In this document: positions 59,601 through 64,000 of the stretch, piece by piece | Position numbering within the stretch: position 1 is the first letter of the stretch | How the letters are laid out: each line of letters opens with the position of its first letter | DNA from: Candidatus Latescibacterota bacterium | Lineage (GTDB): Bacteria; Latescibacterota; UBA2968; UBA8231 | Reading direction: 5' to 3' | Length of the DNA stretch: 64,000 nucleotides | Assembly: GCA_965204725.1 (NCBI GenBank) | Contig: OZ242005.1 | Location: 256,001 to 320,000, forward strand | Made by a program: the position numbers and the translations under genes | The notes under the pieces: model-generated | What the model was told of the DNA's origin: nothing | The model's input: only the letters and a program-made list of their open reading frames with translations | Databases searched by the model: none

Positions 59601-60488
59601 CTATTGGACAATTTGGGTGCCAATACCCTGCCGGGTGTAAAACTCGAGCAACATCGCATGCGGTACGCGCCCATCGACGACATGGGTTTTGCGCACCCCG
59701 GCTTTGACGGACTTGACACAGGCTTCGACCTTGGGAATCATGCCGCCGTAAATCGCGCCTTGGTCAATCAGCTCGCCCACCTCAGCGACGCGCACGGTGG
59801 ACAGCAGGGACTCATCGTCTTTGAGATCGCCCATAATGCCCTGCACATCCGTCAAAAAAACCAATTTCTCTGCGTGCAAGGCCGCGGCGATTTCCCCAGC
59901 CGCGGTATCGGCATTCACGTTGAAGCTCTCGCCGCCCGGGCCGCGGCCAATCGGCGCGACCACCGGGATCATGCCCTTGTCTATCAGGTCCAACAAAGGC
60001 GCGGTATTCACGTGCTCAACATTGCCGACATAACCAATGTCCATGGCGCCGCCAGCGGTCTGCGCCCAGTGCTTGCATACCTGCATGATTCCGGCGTCCT
60101 TGGCCGAGACGCCCACGGCCCGCCCGTCCAACGCGCCGATCGCGCGGACGATTCGGGCGTTGACCTCGCCAAAGAGCACATCCTCAACCACCCGCATCGT
60201 CGCCGCGTCCGTTACCCGCAGCCCATCGACGCGCTGGCTTTCAATGCCCAATTCTCGCAACCGGCGCGTGATGGCCGGGCCGCCGCCGTGGACCACGACT
60301 GGGCAGATGCCGACCGCCTGCATGAAGACGATGTCCTTGTGTACGGTGTCCCCGCCGCCCATCGCGCTGCCGCCGTATTTGACAACCATCACTTTGCCGC
60401 GGAATTCCTGTAGGTACGGCAGGGCCTCGATCAGGGTCTCGGCTTTGTCACTCTGGCCCTGCAAGCCCAGCAAGACCTCGGCGTCCAT
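59601..60488 (-). CDS. argB: Acetylglutamate kinase
   Basis: 'EALPY..VVKYGG', 'VHGGGP', 'GLRVTD', 'NVNAD', 'GGMIPKV'. Confidence 0.95.
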   Translation of the reverse strand: MDAEVLLGLQGQSDKAETLIEALPYLQEFRGKVMVVKYGGSAMGGGDTVHKDIVFMQAVGICPVVVHGGGPAITRRLRELGIESQRVDGLRVTDAATMRVVEDVLFGEVNARIVRAIGALDGRAVGVSAKDAGIMQVCKHWAQTAGGAMDIGYVGNVEHVNTAPLLDLIDKGMIPVVAPIGRGPGGESFNVNADTAAGEIAAALHAEKLVFLTDVQGIMGDLKDDESLLSTVRVAEVGELIDQGAIYGGMIPKVEACVKSVKAGVRKTHVVDGRVPHAMLLEFYTRQGIGTQIVQ

Positions 60489-60955
60489 CACTCCTCCTCG
60501 CCGCATATCGCGTCGATCTTATCGACCAATACAGCCGCATCTCGCTCGGAACGAGCGACGATGAAGATCGTGTTTTCGCCGGCCAGCGTACCCGCGACCT
60601 CAACCCAACCAATGCGATCAATGGCTTCGCAGACGCTCTGGGCGTGTCCCGACGCAGTCCGCACCAAGACCATGTTGATCACCTGTTCGGTCTGGACCAA
60701 GAAGTCCTGCAACTCGCGCTCTAGAATGTGCAGGTCGTGCAGCGTAGCCCCGGCTTCGGGCAGCGTATAGCGAAACCCCCCATTGGCCTGTGGCACCCGG
60801 ACCACGCCTATTTCGCGCAAGTCTTTCGACAAGGTCGACTGGCTGACCTCAATGCCCTGTTGCTCGAGGACCGCGGCCAATTTCTCGTGCGTATCAATGG
60901 CTCGGCTGTAGAGCAATTCCCGTATGCGGGTCTGCCGCATCTGTTTATTACGCAT
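60488..60955 (-). CDS. argR: Arginine repressor
   Basis: 'VSQSTLSKDLREIG', 'AGTLAGENTIF'. Confidence 0.9.
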   Translation of the reverse strand: MRNKQMRQTRIRELLYSRAIDTHEKLAAVLEQQGIEVSQSTLSKDLREIGVVRVPQANGGFRYTLPEAGATLHDLHILERELQDFLVQTEQVINMVLVRTASGHAQSVCEAIDRIGWVEVAGTLAGENTIFIVARSERDAAVLVDKIDAICGEEE

Positions 60956-61017
60956 AATTTTTATTGTTTAATTGAAATAAAAATTTGAAAATTAGAGTAT
61001 GGCCGGGCCGGTGTCAA
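60950..61017 (-). promoter_or_regulatory. arg operon promoter with AT-rich probable ArgR-binding region
   Basis: TTGACA-17 nt-TAATTT (61017-60989), then a very AT-rich tract with only degenerate ARG-box similarity. Confidence 0.55.
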
Positions 61018-61021
61018 CCGC

Positions 61022-61804
61022 CTACGCCCGGCCCGAGGCCATCTGCTCTTGCAGGCGCAACTTGAGTTGCCGGCCGTCCAGCCCCCGCCAGAAAACCCCG
61101 CCAATGGCCAGCGAAATGGTGCTGTTCTCCTCGGAGACGACGATGATTACCGCGTCCGATTCCTGCGATAGCCCCAATGCCGCCCGATGGCGGGTTCCCA
61201 GCCGCTGGTCTTCGACCTCTTCCGCCAGCGGCAAGGTGCAGCGGGCCGCGACCAAGCGCTCGCCTTGGATGACGACAGCTCGGTCGTGCAGCGGGGTGCG
61301 CGGGCTGAAGATCGTGGCGAGCAAATCGCCCGACACCTCTGAGTTCAGGGGCACTCCGGTATCGATGACCGGCCTGATCTGGACTTGGCGCACCAGCACG
61401 ATGAGCGCCCCGTACCCCAACTCGGCCAAGCGGCCGACTCCGCCTACTACTTCGTCGATGACCCGCGACGTCTCGGCCTTGTAAAACCAGCGGAACGCCG
61501 GGGTCTGCCCCAAGGCTTGGAGGAGCCGTCGCAGTTCGGGCTGGAAGAGGATGACCAGCAGGATCAGCAGAATGGAGCGCATCTGCTCCAACAGCCAAGA
61601 CAGGGCGTTCATATTGAGCCAAGGCGCGGCCAAGGCCACGATCACCATGAGCAGCAGCCCGGCGACCATGTGCGCGGCTCGGGTTTCCTTGATGAGGGAA
61701 AGCAAGCGGAAAAAGATAAAGGCCACCAGCAGGATATCTACCACGGAGGTCAGGGAGACGGGCAGAAAGCCAAACAGGGTAAATAGGACCGGGTCTTTTA
61801 GCAC
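61022..61804 (-). CDS. cdaA: Diadenylate cyclase CdaA/DacA
   Basis: 3 TM; 'LFQPELRR', 'PLHDRAV' (DGA variant), 'LGTRHRAALG', 'VSEE'. Confidence 0.9.
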   Translation of the reverse strand: MLKDPVLFTLFGFLPVSLTSVVDILLVAFIFFRLLSLIKETRAAHMVAGLLLMVIVALAAPWLNMNALSWLLEQMRSILLILLVILFQPELRRLLQALGQTPAFRWFYKAETSRVIDEVVGGVGRLAELGYGALIVLVRQVQIRPVIDTGVPLNSEVSGDLLATIFSPRTPLHDRAVVIQGERLVAARCTLPLAEEVEDQRLGTRHRAALGLSQESDAVIIVVSEENSTISLAIGGVFWRGLDGRQLKLRLQEQMASGRA

Positions 61805-62646
61805 GGTGCTTGGCCCCGCACGGCCTCGACGAAGCGGACAGCCCGCAGCGTCGCGGCCACGTCGTGGACTCGCAGGATGTGGACGCCGGCCCTAGCGGCT
61901 AAAGCCGCCGCGGCCAAGCTGCCCTCCAAGCTCTCAGCGGCTGAGAGCCCGAGTGTCCTCCATATAAAGGACTTGCGCGAAGCACCCACTACCAACGGGT
62001 GCTCCAAGCGCGAGAAGCACTCTAGCATCCCCAACAAGGCGAGGTTATCCTCAAGCGACTTGCCAAATCCCAAGCCCGGATCCACGGCCACGCGCTCGAC
62101 GCCTTGGGCTTGGGCGACGCGGACGCGCTCTGCTAGAAAGGAGTACACCGCCCCGGGCAAGTCGTCGCAGCGGGTATTGGGCTGCATGGCAGCCGCCGCG
62201 TTCCGGCCGTGCATCAGGACCACCGGGGCTTTGGCTTGGGCGGCGACCTCGACCATGGCCGGATCGCGGCGCAGCGCACTAATGTCGTTGATGATGTCGG
62301 CCCCGGCCTCCAAGGCTCGCTGCGCCACCGCGGCTTTGACCGTGTCAACCGAGATCGGCACATCGCTCTGGCGGCGGAGCCCCTCGACGACCGGGAGAAT
62401 TCGGGCGCATTCCTCGGCGACCGAGACGTCCTCGGCGACCCCGTACAGCGGCGGCCGGGACGATTCTCCGCCTATATCGACAATGACCGCCCCTTCCTCC
62501 ACCATCTCCAAGCCGCGCTCCACCGCGACCTTGGGATCGCAGTAGCGACCGCCATCGTAAAACGAATCGGGCGTCGCATTGAGGACGCCCATGATTTGTA
62601 CTTGGTCGTTAAAGCAAAGAGGGCGACCGCCCAACTCCCAAATCAC
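61798..62646 (-). CDS. folP: Dihydropteroate synthase
   Basis: '[16 protein letters not shown]', 'DIGGESSRP', 'DPGLGFGK', 'SRKSF', 'LRVHDV'. Confidence 0.95.
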   Translation of the reverse strand: MIWELGGRPLCFNDQVQIMGVLNATPDSFYDGGRYCDPKVAVERGLEMVEEGAVIVDIGGESSRPPLYGVAEDVSVAEECARILPVVEGLRRQSDVPISVDTVKAAVAQRALEAGADIINDISALRRDPAMVEVAAQAKAPVVLMHGRNAAAAMQPNTRCDDLPGAVYSFLAERVRVAQAQGVERVAVDPGLGFGKSLEDNLALLGMLECFSRLEHPLVVGASRKSFIWRTLGLSAAESLEGSLAAAALAARAGVHILRVHDVAATLRAVRFVEAVRGQAPC

Positions 62647-64000
62647 GCCTCATCCTCGGCGCTCAAGGCGCGCACCGGCGCACGGGAAAGCGGCTCTCCG
62701 GCCAAGACTTGGTCGATCTCTGCGTCGTCGAGGACCTCGTACGCGAGGAGGGCGCGGGCCAACGAGTGCAGCTTGCCCTCGCTTTCCCTGAGGAGGCGCA
62801 GCGCGGTCTGCTCGGCCTCGACCACCAGCTTGCGGATCTCGCGATCAACGGCTTGGGCCGTCTCTTCGCTCAGGTGGCGGCTGCGGGTGAATTCCTTGCC
62901 GAGAAAGACCTCGTCGTCGCTGCCGCCCAACGAGAGGGGGCCGAGCCCTTCGTTCATGCCCCACTCGCAAACCATCGAACGGGCCAAGCGCGTCACTTGT
63001 TGGTAGTCGCCTTGGGCACCGGTCGAGCGCTCGGCAAAAATCAACTTCTCGGCCGCGCAACCGCCCAGTGCCGTGGCCAAATGCGCCTTGAGCCGCGTCT
63101 CGGTCAGGGAGCGCCGCTCGTCGGCCAAAAAGGAAACCATGCCCATGGTCTGCCCGCGCGGGATGATGGTGGCCTTGCCAATGGCCGGGCCGCCTTTGAG
63201 GCTCTTGGCGACCAAGGCGTGGCCCGCTTCGTGGTAGGCCGAAAGCCGCTGATCCTCCTCGGTCATGACCATGCTGCGGCGCTCGGCCCCGAGCATCACC
63301 TTGTCTTTGGCCGCTTCAAAATCGCCCATGTCCACGGTCTTGCGATCGCGCCGCGAGGCCAGCAAGGCCGCCTCGTTGACCAAGTTCTCCAAGTCGGCCC
63401 CAGAAAGCCCGGGCGTACCCTGCGCCACCTTTTGCAAATCGACGTCCGGGTCCAGCGGCACCTTGCGCACGTGGACCTTGAGGACGCCCTCCCGGCCCCT
63501 GACATCGGGCAGGTCGACCACCACCCGGCGGTCGAAGCGGCCGGGCCGCAACAGCGCGGGGTCGAGTACGTCCGGGCGATTGGTCGCGGCGATGAGAATG
63601 ACGCCGTCGTTGGACTCAAATCCGTCCATTTCTACTAGGAGTTGATTGAGGGTCTGCTCGCGCTCGTCGTGGCCGCCACCAATGCCGGCACCGCGGTGCC
63701 GGCCTACCGCGTCGATCTCATCGACGAAAATTAGGCATGGGGCATTGGCCTTGCCTTGTTCAAAGAGGTCGCGCACGCGAGAGGCTCCGACCCCGACGAA
63801 CATCTCCACGAAGTCCGAGCCGCTAATCGAAAAGAAGGGCACGCCGGCTTCGCCTGCCACTGCGCGCGCCAAGTGCGTCTTGCCCGTGCCGGGCGGACCG
63901 ACCATCAAGACGCCCTTGGGAATCCGCCCGCCGAGGCGCTGGAACCGGTGCGGATCCTTGAGAAATTCGATGATTTCCTCCAACTCCTTCTTGGCCTCGT
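62643..64000 (-). CDS. ftsH: ATP-dependent zinc metalloprotease FtsH (5'-truncated by window edge)
   Basis: 'GPPGTGKT', '[21 protein letters not shown]', 'LRPGRFDR', 'HEAGH'. Confidence 0.97.
   Translation of the reverse strand, partial: EAKKELEEIIEFLKDPHRFQRLGGRIPKGVLMVGPPGTGKTHLARAVAGEAGVPFFSISGSDFVEMFVGVGASRVRDLFEQGKANAPCLIFVDEIDAVGRHRGAGIGGGHDEREQTLNQLLVEMDGFESNDGVILIAATNRPDVLDPALLRPGRFDRRVVVDLPDVRGREGVLKVHVRKVPLDPDVDLQKVAQGTPGLSGADLENLVNEAALLASRRDRKTVDMGDFEAAKDKVMLGAERRSMVMTEEDQRLSAYHEAGHALVAKSLKGGPAIGKATIIPRGQTMGMVSFLADERRSLTETRLKAHLATALGGCAAEKLIFAERSTGAQGDYQQVTRLARSMVCEWGMNEGLGPLSLGGSDDEVFLGKEFTRSRHLSEETAQAVDREIRKLVVEAEQTALRLLRESEGKLHSLARALLAYEVLDDAEIDQVLAGEPLSRAPVRALSAEDEA

Noticed and set aside
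56991-60955. Incomplete arg operon (no argC/J/F/G) as an unusual pathway
   Set aside because: Split arg clusters are common; the missing genes may lie outside the window.

Overview
GC-rich chromosomal window from a diderm bacterium. The gene families (CRTAC1/TPR clusters, FlgD-type C-terminal domains, WGxxK tails, CarboxypepD-TonB receptor) suggest an FCB-group lineage such as Ca. Latescibacterota; this is inference only. Layout: 1-9.6 kb is a TPR/CRTAC1(ASPIC-UnbV)/SGNH cell-envelope cluster. 9.6-21.8 kb is a minus-strand operon of uncharacterised exported proteins: a CBM9-like protein with a WGxxK tail, two large paralogous FlgD/CTD proteins, a 916-aa probable beta-barrel, a lipoprotein and a PPIase. 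Its near-consensus sigma70 promoter sits between ~31-bp inverted repeats. 22-35 kb holds envelope and lipid genes (GT39, TolB-like, acyltransferase, galU, RfaE-like kinase, acyl-CoA synthetase). 35-64 kb is mostly housekeeping: ilvBN, TonB receptor, ppdK, parAB, larB, mobA, cyoE, ligA, two enolase-superfamily paralogs, argRBDH, cdaA, folP and partial ftsH. Small non-autonomous elements include two tandem TA-flanked MITEs, a dRS3-like palindrome and a duplicated coiled-coil/TM mini-gene flanking cyoE. No rRNA, tRNA, CRISPR array, transposase, integrase or reverse transcriptase was recognised. All calls come from reading motifs by eye; no database searches were run.
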